Shown here: positions 1 through 10,465 of the stretch, one piece after another
Layout: every line of letters begins with the position of its first letter
Position numbering within the stretch: position 1 is the first letter of the stretch
Assembly (NCBI GenBank): GCA_964641245.1
Contig: CAZXML010000001.1
Span: 45,065-109,064 of the forward strand
Direction of reading: 5' to 3'
DNA from: an uncultured Gammaproteobacteria bacterium
Lineage (GTDB): Bacteria; Patescibacteriota; Patescibacteriia; Magasanikbacterales; GWA2-37-8
Length of the DNA: 64,000 nucleotides
The notes under the pieces: model-generated
Told to the model about the DNA's origin: nothing
What the model saw: only the letters and a program-made list of their open reading frames with translations
The model's database searches: none
Translations under genes and position numbers: made by a program

Positions 1-80
1 TTTTATCAAGGCCAATATTTCCATGGAAAAACTGATGCAAAATGTCAGAAAAATAGCTAAGTGATAAGTATAGACTTGTT

Positions 81-467
81 ATGTCTGAAGAACCAAAAAA
101 ATCCGCTAAGACCATACTGATAGTTGAAGATGACGATGTGTTGTTGCGTACTCTGTACCTGGTTTTTCACAAAACCGGTTTTACGATTGCCACGGCCACC
201 GATGGCGACACCGCGTTAAAAATGGTTTTGCGCCTTAAACCGTCTTTGGTGCTGTTGGATTTACTTTTACCAAAAATGAACGGGTTTGATTTTTTAAAAA
301 ATATTAAGGCAGACCCGGCCTTAAAAACTATCCCCATAATTGTATTGTCCAATTTAGGCGAGGAAAATATCCAAAAAGCAAAAGATTTGGGAGCCGCGGA
401 TTATTTTATAAAATCCGACACCAGTTTGGAAAATTTAAAAGAAAAAGTTTTAAAAATTCTAGCATAA
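81..467 (+). CDS. Stand-alone response-regulator receiver (CheY-like) protein
   Basis: ILIVEDDDVLL...LLDLLLPKMNGFDFL...IIVLSN shows the receiver-domain phospho-acceptor Asp and the loop motifs. 128 aa with no output domain. Confidence 0.8.
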   Translation: MSEEPKKSAKTILIVEDDDVLLRTLYLVFHKTGFTIATATDGDTALKMVLRLKPSLVLLDLLLPKMNGFDFLKNIKADPALKTIPIIVLSNLGEENIQKAKDLGAADYFIKSDTSLENLKEKVLKILA

Positions 468-497
468 ATTTTTATGTTAAAGGGGAGGTGGCTTAAC

Positions 498-1298
498 ATG
501 ATTCTGGTTTTAACTAACAGAATCTATGTAAAAAAACAGTTAGTTTTGGGTGGGGAGGGTCTAAAGGTAGGAAAAGATGTATTATTACTGGTTTTGTACC
601 AGATCTTTTTGGCCCTGGTCTCATTACCGTTATATCTTAGCGTAAAACCGGCGGGGTTGGCTGTTTATGTTAAAGATACGGCCACCTATACCAAAATTTC
701 CGCGGATTACAGTCTGCGCCGTATTTTAACCCTCACCGGTGTCGGCGTTTTTTTAATTATCTGGGTGGTAAAACTAATATTAATAATATCTCTGCCTAGT
801 TTTTACGGACCATTGCGTCTTTATGAAGTGGTAAATTTTCGTCCGGCCGATATTTTAAACAGCGATTTAGTGGCCACGGAAACAGGTATGCAAACTGCGC
901 GTGTTCTGTCTACAATTCCAATTCCAACCTTAAAAACTGCCACCAAAGTAAGCGGCGGAGATTATATTTTTTCCGGTTCAGCCACTCCGTTATCTACGGT
1001 CGCCTTGCTTTTATCCGGCAATCAAACCGCGGTTTATTCGGCAGTGGCAGATAAAAGCGGTAAATGGGAAATCAGCCACGCGCAAAGCGGGTTCCGGCTG
1101 GCCGAGGGCAATCATTCCATAATAATTTTTGAATACGATCAAAAAAACAGCGCCCGAGGGCAAGCCGCGCCGGAACAATATTTTAAAGTTACCACCAACA
1201 TCTGGGATAAAATTACCGGCAGTGTAGATACCATCGCCAATTGGTCGGTGGTCATTATTTTAATATTAGGGGTATTCCTAACTCTTCTCACTCTTTAA
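498..1298 (+). CDS. Membrane-anchored Ig-like domain protein, a short paralog of the giant gene's termini
   Basis: SD-like AAGGGGAGGTGG lies 8 nt before the second ATG (498). The N-terminal TM region SLPLYLSVKP...RRILTLTGVGVF matches the giant protein N-terminus. The C-terminus SG.A.P...D.SG.W.ISHAQSG...G.HSI plus a final TM helix matches the giant protein C-terminus. Confidence 0.6.
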   Translation: MILVLTNRIYVKKQLVLGGEGLKVGKDVLLLVLYQIFLALVSLPLYLSVKPAGLAVYVKDTATYTKISADYSLRRILTLTGVGVFLIIWVVKLILIISLPSFYGPLRLYEVVNFRPADILNSDLVATETGMQTARVLSTIPIPTLKTATKVSGGDYIFSGSATPLSTVALLLSGNQTAVYSAVADKSGKWEISHAQSGFRLAEGNHSIIIFEYDQKNSARGQAAPEQYFKVTTNIWDKITGSVDTIANWSVVIILILGVFLTLLTL

Positions 1299-1320
1299 AC
1301 GTATAGGAGTTTTTTTTAAT

Positions 1321-1404
1321 TGTCATTCTGAGCAAAGCGAAGAATCTCTGTCCGGCTGGTCAAAACGGTACTGACAGAGATCCTTCACTGCGTTCAGGAT
1401 GACA
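1321..1404. repeat. Family-A miniature palindromic element (TGTCATTCTGAGCAAAGCGAAGAATCTCTGTC...GACAGAGATCCTTCACTGCGTTCAGGATGACA)
   Basis: Imperfect palindrome with near-identical copies at 19004, 20417, 21290, 41493 and 50664. Confidence 0.85.
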
Positions 1405-1433
1405 AATAATATAAATAATTAGCTACCATTTGT

Positions 1434-4400
1434 ATGAAAGCAAGCTGGCTAAATATATTTTTCCATTTTTCCGGAAAAATATTCAAATTAAAACAAGGCT
1501 TAATTGCTTCCACCCGCTGGTATGTGGCGGTGTATTATGCTTTATTGTTGTTTTTTGTGGAGTTGGCTTTGGCTATTATTTCTTTTCCGCTGTATTTTTT
1601 GGTTTCTCCAAAAGATATTCAAAAAGGGGGATTATATTCGTTGCCCGGTCCGCAAGCGTCTATAAACGAATATCTTTGGCGCAGAAGAATCGGCCTTACC
1701 ACCGGTGTTGGCGCCACATCCGTATTTTTGCTTAAAGTTGTTTTAGTCGGCGTGGTCTCTTTTTATTTTTTGGGAGCGCAAAAATTGCTGGCCGATTCGC
1801 AAGATTGGACTTTTGGGACGCCATCGGATTATACATATAATTCTTCCATCGTTGAAATTACCGGCGGGGTTGCGCGGTTAAAAGATCTTGGAAGTTTGGT
1901 TGCCAGTAGCACAATTAATTCCGGTTTTACCACTAATTCGGTTGGTTGGACAAACGCAGATTGGACCGATCCAGGCAATGTAACTGTGGGCCAAACTCGG
2001 CAGACATCTGGTGGAAACACCGGCGCTTATGTAGATGTTGATATCGCGATAACCGGTTCGGCTACCGCAAATAGATCCGGCGCCGGTTATTGGCAACAAA
2101 CATTTATTACCAATGTTGCTACTCCGGATACCGCCACGTTAAATTTAGATTGGAAATCAATTACTTACACTTCGCCAACTCCGCCCGCTACATATCGGCT
2201 GTATGCTTTTATTGAAACTACCAGCGGCGCCCCCACCGCAACCAATACCGCTATTTGGAATAGCGGAGAAATTACCGCCGCCACCAGCTGGGCAAGTATT
2301 TCGGCCGTGGATATTGTTAGTAAAATTCCTACGGCCGGCACTTATTATTTAAAAATTGCCGCTTATGCTACCAGCCCATTGGCAACCGGAGCGTATTCTT
2401 TTATTTCCGGCTTTGACAATGTAATTGTAAATTGGTCCAAAACAACTCACTCGTATTCCACCGCCAACCCCACCACCACGCCGGTCGCTTCGCTGTCCGC
2501 GCCAAAAATTATGAGCTGGAACGGATTCACCGAAAACGCTACACTCAACGGCGGTTCAATCAGCTACCAACTCACCGCAGACAATGGAACAAATTGGAAA
2601 TACTGGAACGGCTCTGCTTGGGCAACGTCCAGCGTCAGTAATTTCAACATTGCCAGCGTTATTAATTCCAACATCGCTACTTTCCCCACATCATCCAATC
2701 AAATTAAATGGAGGGCGTACATGACCAGTGACGGAACACAACAAGTATCGCTAAGCGGAGTTTCTATTACATACACCCAAAACGATCCGCCGCACATCAT
2801 AAGTCTGTCGCCGGCGCAAAATACCGGCAATGGCACTGTATATGTTGCTTATAGTTTACAAGACGCCAACAGCGACCCGGAATCATTGGTTGATTATGAG
2901 TATTCATTAACCGGCGCGTTTGCCGGCGAGCAAACCACCATGACCGCTTCTACTTCTGATGCGGCGCATAATGGAATCACAGGATTAAGTTCCTCGCCAA
3001 TCGGCACCGCGCATACATTTGTTTGGGATGCCCGCGCCCAGCTTGGAAACATCGTCACCACCACTGTTTATGTACGCTTACGCGCCAACGACGGTATTGC
3101 TAACGGCGCCTATACCACCAGTTCCGTATTCACAGTAGATTATGTTGCGCCAATCGTTTCCAATGTTTCCGCCGTACAAACACCGGGCACAACCACTGTC
3201 AGTATTTCCTACGATTTAACCGATTTCACAGCGTCCGGTTTAAATGTTGAATTGGGAATCTCCAACGACAGCGGCAGTACCTGGACAATCGCCACTACCT
3301 CTGCCACAGGCAATGTGGGGAGTGGTCAAACCACCGGAACAGGCAAAACCATTACCTGGAACGCGGGCGCGGATTATTCCGGACAAAGCCTTTCTACAAT
3401 GCGGGCGCGGGTAAAAGCGCGTGATAACTGGCAAAACCAGGGAACATTCACCAGTTCTTCAAATTTTTCTTTAGACACTTTGGCCCCGGCCACTCTTGCC
3501 ACCGCCAATTTGCAAGCCCAGCCAAATGCCGGAGACACCACCGTGCTTATCGGCGGAACATTCACCGAAGCCAACCCCAATACCAATGATTTTTACGTTG
3601 CCATTAACAACGGTGTATATAGTAGCGCTACGGCCGGCACAGGTAATACCGCCTCGCCGTCAAACCAAGCCACCGATGTCGGCGCCACTTTAGACGGCAA
3701 TGATTTTATTTCCAAAGTTAAAATTACTCATACCGATGATTTTGGCAACTCCGGAAATAATGAAAATACATCGCCTACCACTACCTATATATATGTAAAG
3801 CCGTACACACCGTCCGCGCCGACATTAAATAATCCGGTAACTACTCGTTTGGATTTAACGATTAACCCGCATGCAAGTGAAACCAGTGGTTTGGAATACG
3901 CCATCCAGGAAACAACCAGCGGTTTTTTTGTCCAGACCGACGGAACTTTGGCCGCCAGCGTTGTCTGGCAAATTTTAGGAACAAGCGCCGGACAGTGGGG
4001 GAATATCACCGCAGTTTCCGGCAAGGCCCGCGTTACCGGTTTATCATCTCCGGTGGCCAATTATGTTTTTAAAGTAAAATCACGCAACACCGGCGATACG
4101 GCGCACGCCACCTCATCCGAATCCGCTTACTCCGCCACCGCGCAAATTACCAACACCGCGCCTTCGGTTTCATTATCAAGTTATTCTCAAACCACAGACG
4201 GAACCCGTTATGTGCCGATAAATTATACCGGCACAGACGCGCAGGGCGATATCAACAGTTTAAATCAACGCCAATATTCCACCGATAACAGCGCCTGGAA
4301 CACCATGACCGAAAAATCCGGCGTGGGTAGTAGCGGCATAACCAACCTCACATTCCTATCTGGTGGCAGTAGTTACAATTTTGCCTGGGATTCAAATACA

Positions 4401-7400
4401 GATTTGCCGAGCGTAGAGGACACCACTGTTTATGTCCGTTTGCGGTCTACCGACACTTTGGCCAGCAGTTCTTTGGCCACCTCCAACGCTTTCGAAATAG
4501 ACAATGTCAATCCGGTTATTTCTACCACCACAGCCAGCCAAGACAGCGGAGCCAGAACCGTAACCATCACCTATAATTTAACCGACGCTAATGCCAGCAA
4601 TGTGCTTTTGGAAATTTCATCCAATAGCGGTTCTACCTGGGTTGTGGCCACATCTTCCGCTACCGGCGCAGTTGGTTCCGGAGTAACAGCCGGTGCCGGT
4701 AAAACTATTACCTGGAACGCGGGTACGGATTTCAATAGTCAATACAACACAACTATGATGGTCCGCGTTACACCGCGGGATACTTTTGGTAATCTTGGTT
4801 CCAGCGCGTCATCGGCCAATTTTACAGTAGACACAAAATCTCCAACCGTTACCAATGTTACCGCCGTTCAAGATTCCGGCGCCTCAACATTTGTTTTCCA
4901 CTACGACATTGTCGAAGACTCCGGAAATTCTCGGGTTGTGCTGGCAATTTCATCCAACAGCGGTAGTACTTGGGTTGTGCCAACGTCTTCGGTTAGCGGA
5001 GATTACGGCGCCAGCGTCACTCCCGGCACCGGCAAAACAATTACTTGGGATGGGGGAGCGGATTATAGTAGTCAGGAAAAATCTACCATGCAAATCCGTC
5101 TTACAGCCACAGATAGTTTCTCAAATAACAGCGTAAACACATCGGCGGATTTTAATTTGGATACATATGCTCCGCGTATTACCAATGTCAGCGCTTCACA
5201 AAATGCCGGCAATACCACCGTGGCTATTTCTTACGATTTAGCGGATGCAAATACCTCCACAATTTTATTGCAAATTTCTTCGGACAATGGTTCCAGCTGG
5301 ACAGTGCCAACCACCACCGCCACCGGAAATCTGGGCAGTAATATTTCCGCCGGCACCGGTAAATCAATTTCCTGGAACGCCGGAACAGATTTCTCCGCCC
5401 AGGATATTTCCAACATGAAAATACGTTTGCGCGGTACCGATACATTTAGCAATCAATCCGGCTACGTAACATCTTCCGCGTTTGCCTTAGACACAAAATC
5501 TCCGGTTGTGGCCACCACCGCCAATTTGCAAGCCCAGCCCAACGCCGGCGACACCACCGCTTTAATCGGCGGATCATTTACCGAAACCAATCCAAACACC
5601 AATAATTTTTATGTCGCGCTTGATGGCGGTTCGTATGGTTCGGCTACCGCCGGCACGGGCAACACCGCTTCTCCTTCAGACCAAAGCACAGCCACCGGCG
5701 TCACCTTAAAAGGCAATAATTATATTTCCAAAGTTAAAATTGTTCACACCGATGATTTTGGATTGGCAACTACAAACGAAAACACATCGCCAGCTACCAG
5801 TTTAAAATATGTTAAACCTTATACACCGTCGGCGCCTACCGCGGATAATCCGGCAGTTGGTGAAGTGGATGTTTTGGTAAATGCTAATCCTTCGGAAGTT
5901 ACCGGTTTGCAATACGCAATTTACGAAACTACGCAAAGTAAGTATGTTCAGGCCAACGGCACACTTGGGGTTACACCAATTTGGCAGACCATCGGCACAT
6001 CATTTGGCCAGTGGGGGAACACCACCGCGATATCCGGTAAAATCCGCGTAAACGGATTGGCGAACGCTTCTTATACATATCAATTCAAAACCAAATCACG
6101 CAACAGCTCAGACTTTTTCAACACGGCCAGCAGTGAAAGCGCATTGTCCGCCGGCGCCTCTTCCGCCAATCAAGCGCCGTCAATTTCTATCAATTCGGCT
6201 GCTCAAACCACCAACGGCACTCAATATATTACAGTAAATTATACAGGTACGGATTTGGAAAGCGAAACTGTTTCGCTGGTCAGATACCAATATTCTACAG
6301 ACAACAGCATTTGGAACACAATGACGGAAAAATCAGGTGTTGGTTCGCAGGGAACAAGCGGTTTGGCATTTAGCGCCGCCGGAGCCAGTCATAATTTTGC
6401 CTGGGATGTTGGCGCGGATTTAGCAAACACCGAAGACACAACCGTTTACGTTAGACTCCAAGCCAACGACGGCACCAGCAGTGGAAACACCGCCGTATCC
6501 AGCGCGTTTGTGGTAGACACCAAAAATCCGGCCATTAGCAGTGTCACCGCCAGCCAAAATTCCGGCGCCGGCACCGTGGCTATTTCATATACTTTAACAG
6601 ACGACAGCACCAGCACGATAGTTATGGAAATGTCGTCCAGCAGTGGTTCTACCTATAATGTTTCCGTCAGTTCTGCAACCGGCAATGTAGGCGCAGGAAT
6701 TTCATCCGGCTCCGGTAAATCTATTTCCTGGAATGCCGGCACAGACTTTTCCGGTCAGGAATTATCTACCATGAAAACACGTTTACGCGCCACGGATGCA
6801 TTTGGCAACGTGGGTTCGTTATCCGCGTCCGGTTTGTTTGACTTAGACACCAAAGTTCCGGCTGTTTCCAACGTTTCGGCTATTCAAAGCGCCGGTGGCG
6901 GGTCCGTATCAATTACCTATGATTTAAGCGACACAAATCAAAGCACTGTTGTCTTGGAAGTTTCTTCAAGCAGTGGTTCTACCTGGCTAGTGCCGGTTAG
7001 TTCGGTTACCGGAGCGGTTGGTTCCGGAGTTTCGGGCGGTACCGGAAAGACAATTACGTGGAATGCTAATGCGGATTTCTCGGGCCAAGAATTTGCCGGC
7101 ATGATTGCGCGGGTTAGGGCCACCGATATTTATAGCAATGCCGGAAGCAATGTTCAGTCCGGAGCATTTTCCTTAGACACGAAAGCCCCGGTTGTATTAA
7201 ATGTTGGCGCTTCACAAACAGCCGGCACTACTACTGTGGTAATTTCTTACGATTTATCAGATTTGGGAACAAGCACGGTAGATGTTGAAATATCTTCCAA
7301 TAACGGTTTGGGTTGGACAGTGGCCACGAGCACACTTACGGGTTCGGTTGGCTCAAATATTACGGCTGGATTCGGCAAAACAGTAGTTTGGAATGCTAAA

Positions 7401-10400
7401 GTGGATTATTCCGGCCAAGACAGCAATTCAATGCGCGTCCGCGTGCGGGGCAGAGACCGATTTAATAACATCGGCGACTTTACTCAATCCACAGATTTTA
7501 ATTTAGACACATTATCTCCGGCAACACTCACCACCGCCGATTTAATTTCCCAGCCTAATGCCGGCGATACCACGGCTTCAATCGGAGGGTCATTTACGGA
7601 AACTCACCCCAACACCAATGATTTCTATATTGCTATTAATGGCGGGGCTTATGGTTCGGCCACTGCCGGTACAGCCAACACTGCCGCTCCATCCAATCAG
7701 GCCACTGGCGTTGGTGCTACTTTAACCGGTAATGATTATATTTCCAAAGTAAAAATTGCCCACGCCGATGATTTTGGCCAGGCAACCACCAACGAAAATA
7801 CTTCTCCGGCCACCAGCCTAAAATATGTTAAGCCGTACACACCGTCCGCTCCCACAGTAAATAATCCGCAAAATACTTCCGTAACCGTTGCCGTTAACTC
7901 GCATGCCAGCGAAAGCGCTTCTGTGGAGTACGCTATTGCCGAAGTTTCCACCGGTAATTATATACAAACCAATGGCACACTCGGCGCCAGCGCGGTTTGG
8001 AAAACGCTTGGCACCGGCGCCGGGAAGTGGGGGAATGTATCCGGCGTAACCGGCACAATTAGTGTCAGCGGTCTTACTTCACCGGTAGCAAATTACAGTT
8101 TTAAAGTTAAATCGCGCAATCCTTCGGACTCTCTGCACGCCTCCGCCAGCGAAAGTAATTTTTCCACTATCGTAGGAATCAGCAACACCGCGCCCGGTAT
8201 TTCCGTTTCCAGCGTTAGTCAGCAAACCGGCAATTCTTACGCTTTAATTAATTACGTCGGCACCGATACTCAAAATGACACAAACAATCTAAACGCGTTT
8301 GAATTTTCTACGAACACCGTAAATTGGTTTACTATGACTCAAAAATCCGGCGTGGGTAGTAGTGGAGTCAGCTCATTAATATTCTCATCAACCGGCACGA
8401 ACTTTATTTTTGCTTGGGATATTGCCACAGATTTGCCCGGATATGAATCCAGCGCCGTACGCATCCGCTTAAAATCCAATGACGGTCTTACAGACAGTAA
8501 TTTAGCGCAATCTTCCGCCTTCGCCGTAGATGCCAAAGCGCCGGTAGTTTCCGGTATCAGCGCCAGTCAAGCGCCAAGCACCGGTATATTTACTTTTGAA
8601 TATACTCTGGCCGATAATTCCGCCGCCAGCAATACAATCTCACTACAAATTTCCGATGATAGCGGTTCTACCTGGACCGTGCCCACCACTTCAGCATCCG
8701 GCGATGTTGGTAGCGGTGTATCCGCCGGTTCAGCCCGTTCTATAACATGGAATCCGGCCACCAATTATCCAAACGCCGAAAGTAGTAATTTCAGAATCCG
8801 AATTCGCGGTACCGATATATATAGTAATGTCGGATCCTATGCAACGTCCTCATTATTCGCCGTAGACACCAAAGGCCCCGTAGTCAGTTCGGTTTCAGCG
8901 GTACAAAGCACCAGCACGGGTAAAGTAACTGTTTCATATTCATTCTCCGACATCACTTCCGCCGGTAACTCAACCGAATTCCAGGTTTCTTCCAACAACG
9001 GCTCAACCTGGGTTGTTGCCACCACCACCCGTAGCGGAGAAATCGGTTCCGGTCAAAGCACCGGTTCAAAAACATTTATCTGGGACGCGCCCACGGATTT
9101 TAACGGCCAGTCCAATTCGCAAATGATGGTTCGCGTCCGCGCCACTGATTATTTTGGCAACCTTGGTAGTTTTACCAATTCTTCCGCTTTCTCGCTTGAT
9201 ACCGCCGCTCCGGTTGTTTCCAGTTTAACCGGCGTGCAAATAACCAATTCCACCACCGTTCAATTTACTTATAATTTAGCAGACACCCAATCCAGCGCAT
9301 CCGTCATCGCTCAAGTTTCCTCCGACGGCGGCAGTACCTGGACTGTTCCGGTCACAACACTTGCCGGAAATATCGGTTCTGCGGTTAACACTGGCAGTGG
9401 GCTCTCTATTACTTGGCTAGTCGGTACGGATTATGGCGGACAGGAATCAAATACAATGCGGGTGAGATTGCGGGCCACGGATAGTTATGGAAACGTTAGC
9501 GCATTTTTTACATCAGCAGATTTTTCTATAAATACGCTAGCGCCGGAGTCTGTCGTTTCTGCGCCGACTGTGTCAGGTGGAGTTGCAATGCCAGTATCCG
9601 TAGTAGCGGCAGTTATTGACCTTATCCCGCCTGCCGCGCCACTTGTGTTTAGCCCAACTGCCGGTAGTGTAATCGGTGAGGCTGAGCCGACTATAATTGG
9701 CGGCTCTGAACCTGGAGCAGTTATCAACATTGTTTTGGAAGGAGAAAATAAGTTTATTGCCGAAGCGGACGCTAATGGCGCTTGGCGATTCATCTTGCCG
9801 TCGCAATTTGCTCTTCAAAACGGACAACATATCTTTACTTTAACGGCCGTTGATCAGGCCGGCAATGTTAGCGCCCCAACACAATTCACTCTTACAAAAT
9901 CTTCTTCAGCGCCGGTTAGCGCCGTTTCACCAGCTGGTGGTACTGCCGGCCTCCCCGGGCTTCTTTCAGGTGTTTTACCACCCACCCCATCCGTCGCATT
10001 AGTCCGCCAAAATATAGAAGCCACCGAAGTAGCATCCTTGCAGGTACCAAAAATTAGTACCACCACGCCCGGCGTAGTGGGCAGTGATTTTGTGTTCTCC
10101 GGCACGGCTCTGCCAAATCAGGAAGTACTGGTATATTTCCACAGTAGTCAGGCTCTTATCTACCGCACCCGTTCCGACAGCAACGGTTTCTGGCAGGTAG
10201 CCCACGCGCAAAGCACCGCCGAATTAACACCCGGTGATCATACAATCTTTGCCGTCTCCGTAGATCCGGTGAACAAAGTAAAAAGCCGGCCCAGCGCGGT
10301 TTCCAGTTTCACCATAAGAAAAAATTTCTGGGTAAGCGTATTCAACGTGTTAAATCTCCAGACCACATTAGTTACTTTAATGGTTCTTGGGTTCACCATG

Positions 10401-10445
10401 CTTTGGCTTTACCGTCTGCGAGTTAGGCAGGGTGTTGAGGTTTAG
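1434..10445 (+). CDS. Giant (3003 aa) repetitive cell-surface protein with N- and C-terminal TM anchors and Ig/FN3-like tandem domains
   Basis: 9-kb uninterrupted ORF. At least 10 copies of a ~100-aa domain (ISYDLTD...SGSTWT...TGNVGSG...GKTITWNAG.DYSGQ...RVRA.D). Three ~680-aa super-repeats start at about 3480, 5510 and 7500, each beginning LQAQPNAGDTT. C-terminal Ig-like domains are followed by a hydrophobic helix and the tail RLRVRQGVEV. Confidence 0.85.
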   Translation: MKASWLNIFFHFSGKIFKLKQGLIASTRWYVAVYYALLLFFVELALAIISFPLYFLVSPKDIQKGGLYSLPGPQASINEYLWRRRIGLTTGVGATSVFLLKVVLVGVVSFYFLGAQKLLADSQDWTFGTPSDYTYNSSIVEITGGVARLKDLGSLVASSTINSGFTTNSVGWTNADWTDPGNVTVGQTRQTSGGNTGAYVDVDIAITGSATANRSGAGYWQQTFITNVATPDTATLNLDWKSITYTSPTPPATYRLYAFIETTSGAPTATNTAIWNSGEITAATSWASISAVDIVSKIPTAGTYYLKIAAYATSPLATGAYSFISGFDNVIVNWSKTTHSYSTANPTTTPVASLSAPKIMSWNGFTENATLNGGSISYQLTADNGTNWKYWNGSAWATSSVSNFNIASVINSNIATFPTSSNQIKWRAYMTSDGTQQVSLSGVSITYTQNDPPHIISLSPAQNTGNGTVYVAYSLQDANSDPESLVDYEYSLTGAFAGEQTTMTASTSDAAHNGITGLSSSPIGTAHTFVWDARAQLGNIVTTTVYVRLRANDGIANGAYTTSSVFTVDYVAPIVSNVSAVQTPGTTTVSISYDLTDFTASGLNVELGISNDSGSTWTIATTSATGNVGSGQTTGTGKTITWNAGADYSGQSLSTMRARVKARDNWQNQGTFTSSSNFSLDTLAPATLATANLQAQPNAGDTTVLIGGTFTEANPNTNDFYVAINNGVYSSATAGTGNTASPSNQATDVGATLDGNDFISKVKITHTDDFGNSGNNENTSPTTTYIYVKPYTPSAPTLNNPVTTRLDLTINPHASETSGLEYAIQETTSGFFVQTDGTLAASVVWQILGTSAGQWGNITAVSGKARVTGLSSPVANYVFKVKSRNTGDTAHATSSESAYSATAQITNTAPSVSLSSYSQTTDGTRYVPINYTGTDAQGDINSLNQRQYSTDNSAWNTMTEKSGVGSSGITNLTFLSGGSSYNFAWDSNTDLPSVEDTTVYVRLRSTDTLASSSLATSNAFEIDNVNPVISTTTASQDSGARTVTITYNLTDANASNVLLEISSNSGSTWVVATSSATGAVGSGVTAGAGKTITWNAGTDFNSQYNTTMMVRVTPRDTFGNLGSSASSANFTVDTKSPTVTNVTAVQDSGASTFVFHYDIVEDSGNSRVVLAISSNSGSTWVVPTSSVSGDYGASVTPGTGKTITWDGGADYSSQEKSTMQIRLTATDSFSNNSVNTSADFNLDTYAPRITNVSASQNAGNTTVAISYDLADANTSTILLQISSDNGSSWTVPTTTATGNLGSNISAGTGKSISWNAGTDFSAQDISNMKIRLRGTDTFSNQSGYVTSSAFALDTKSPVVATTANLQAQPNAGDTTALIGGSFTETNPNTNNFYVALDGGSYGSATAGTGNTASPSDQSTATGVTLKGNNYISKVKIVHTDDFGLATTNENTSPATSLKYVKPYTPSAPTADNPAVGEVDVLVNANPSEVTGLQYAIYETTQSKYVQANGTLGVTPIWQTIGTSFGQWGNTTAISGKIRVNGLANASYTYQFKTKSRNSSDFFNTASSESALSAGASSANQAPSISINSAAQTTNGTQYITVNYTGTDLESETVSLVRYQYSTDNSIWNTMTEKSGVGSQGTSGLAFSAAGASHNFAWDVGADLANTEDTTVYVRLQANDGTSSGNTAVSSAFVVDTKNPAISSVTASQNSGAGTVAISYTLTDDSTSTIVMEMSSSSGSTYNVSVSSATGNVGAGISSGSGKSISWNAGTDFSGQELSTMKTRLRATDAFGNVGSLSASGLFDLDTKVPAVSNVSAIQSAGGGSVSITYDLSDTNQSTVVLEVSSSSGSTWLVPVSSVTGAVGSGVSGGTGKTITWNANADFSGQEFAGMIARVRATDIYSNAGSNVQSGAFSLDTKAPVVLNVGASQTAGTTTVVISYDLSDLGTSTVDVEISSNNGLGWTVATSTLTGSVGSNITAGFGKTVVWNAKVDYSGQDSNSMRVRVRGRDRFNNIGDFTQSTDFNLDTLSPATLTTADLISQPNAGDTTASIGGSFTETHPNTNDFYIAINGGAYGSATAGTANTAAPSNQATGVGATLTGNDYISKVKIAHADDFGQATTNENTSPATSLKYVKPYTPSAPTVNNPQNTSVTVAVNSHASESASVEYAIAEVSTGNYIQTNGTLGASAVWKTLGTGAGKWGNVSGVTGTISVSGLTSPVANYSFKVKSRNPSDSLHASASESNFSTIVGISNTAPGISVSSVSQQTGNSYALINYVGTDTQNDTNNLNAFEFSTNTVNWFTMTQKSGVGSSGVSSLIFSSTGTNFIFAWDIATDLPGYESSAVRIRLKSNDGLTDSNLAQSSAFAVDAKAPVVSGISASQAPSTGIFTFEYTLADNSAASNTISLQISDDSGSTWTVPTTSASGDVGSGVSAGSARSITWNPATNYPNAESSNFRIRIRGTDIYSNVGSYATSSLFAVDTKGPVVSSVSAVQSTSTGKVTVSYSFSDITSAGNSTEFQVSSNNGSTWVVATTTRSGEIGSGQSTGSKTFIWDAPTDFNGQSNSQMMVRVRATDYFGNLGSFTNSSAFSLDTAAPVVSSLTGVQITNSTTVQFTYNLADTQSSASVIAQVSSDGGSTWTVPVTTLAGNIGSAVNTGSGLSITWLVGTDYGGQESNTMRVRLRATDSYGNVSAFFTSADFSINTLAPESVVSAPTVSGGVAMPVSVVAAVIDLIPPAAPLVFSPTAGSVIGEAEPTIIGGSEPGAVINIVLEGENKFIAEADANGAWRFILPSQFALQNGQHIFTLTAVDQAGNVSAPTQFTLTKSSSAPVSAVSPAGGTAGLPGLLSGVLPPTPSVALVRQNIEATEVASLQVPKISTTTPGVVGSDFVFSGTALPNQEVLVYFHSSQALIYRTRSDSNGFWQVAHAQSTAELTPGDHTIFAVSVDPVNKVKSRPSAVSSFTIRKNFWVSVFNVLNLQTTLVTLMVLGFTMLWLYRLRVRQGVEV

Positions 10446-10465
10446 ATTGTGGTATAATAAAATCA

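Noticed and set aside
1430-1735. 101-aa ORF overlapping the start of the giant gene in another frame
   Set aside because: It is out of frame with the 3003-aa ORF and composed of Phe/Gly-rich translation of the same DNA. No independent support.
1829-10211. Numerous 60-100-aa ORFs on the - strand and in alternative + frames inside the giant gene (e.g. 1878-2099, 3785-4060, 9485-9793)
   Set aside because: They lie wholly inside a 9-kb continuous ORF whose product has coherent repeated domain architecture. Alternate-frame ORFs are expected by chance in GC-richer repetitive coding DNA.
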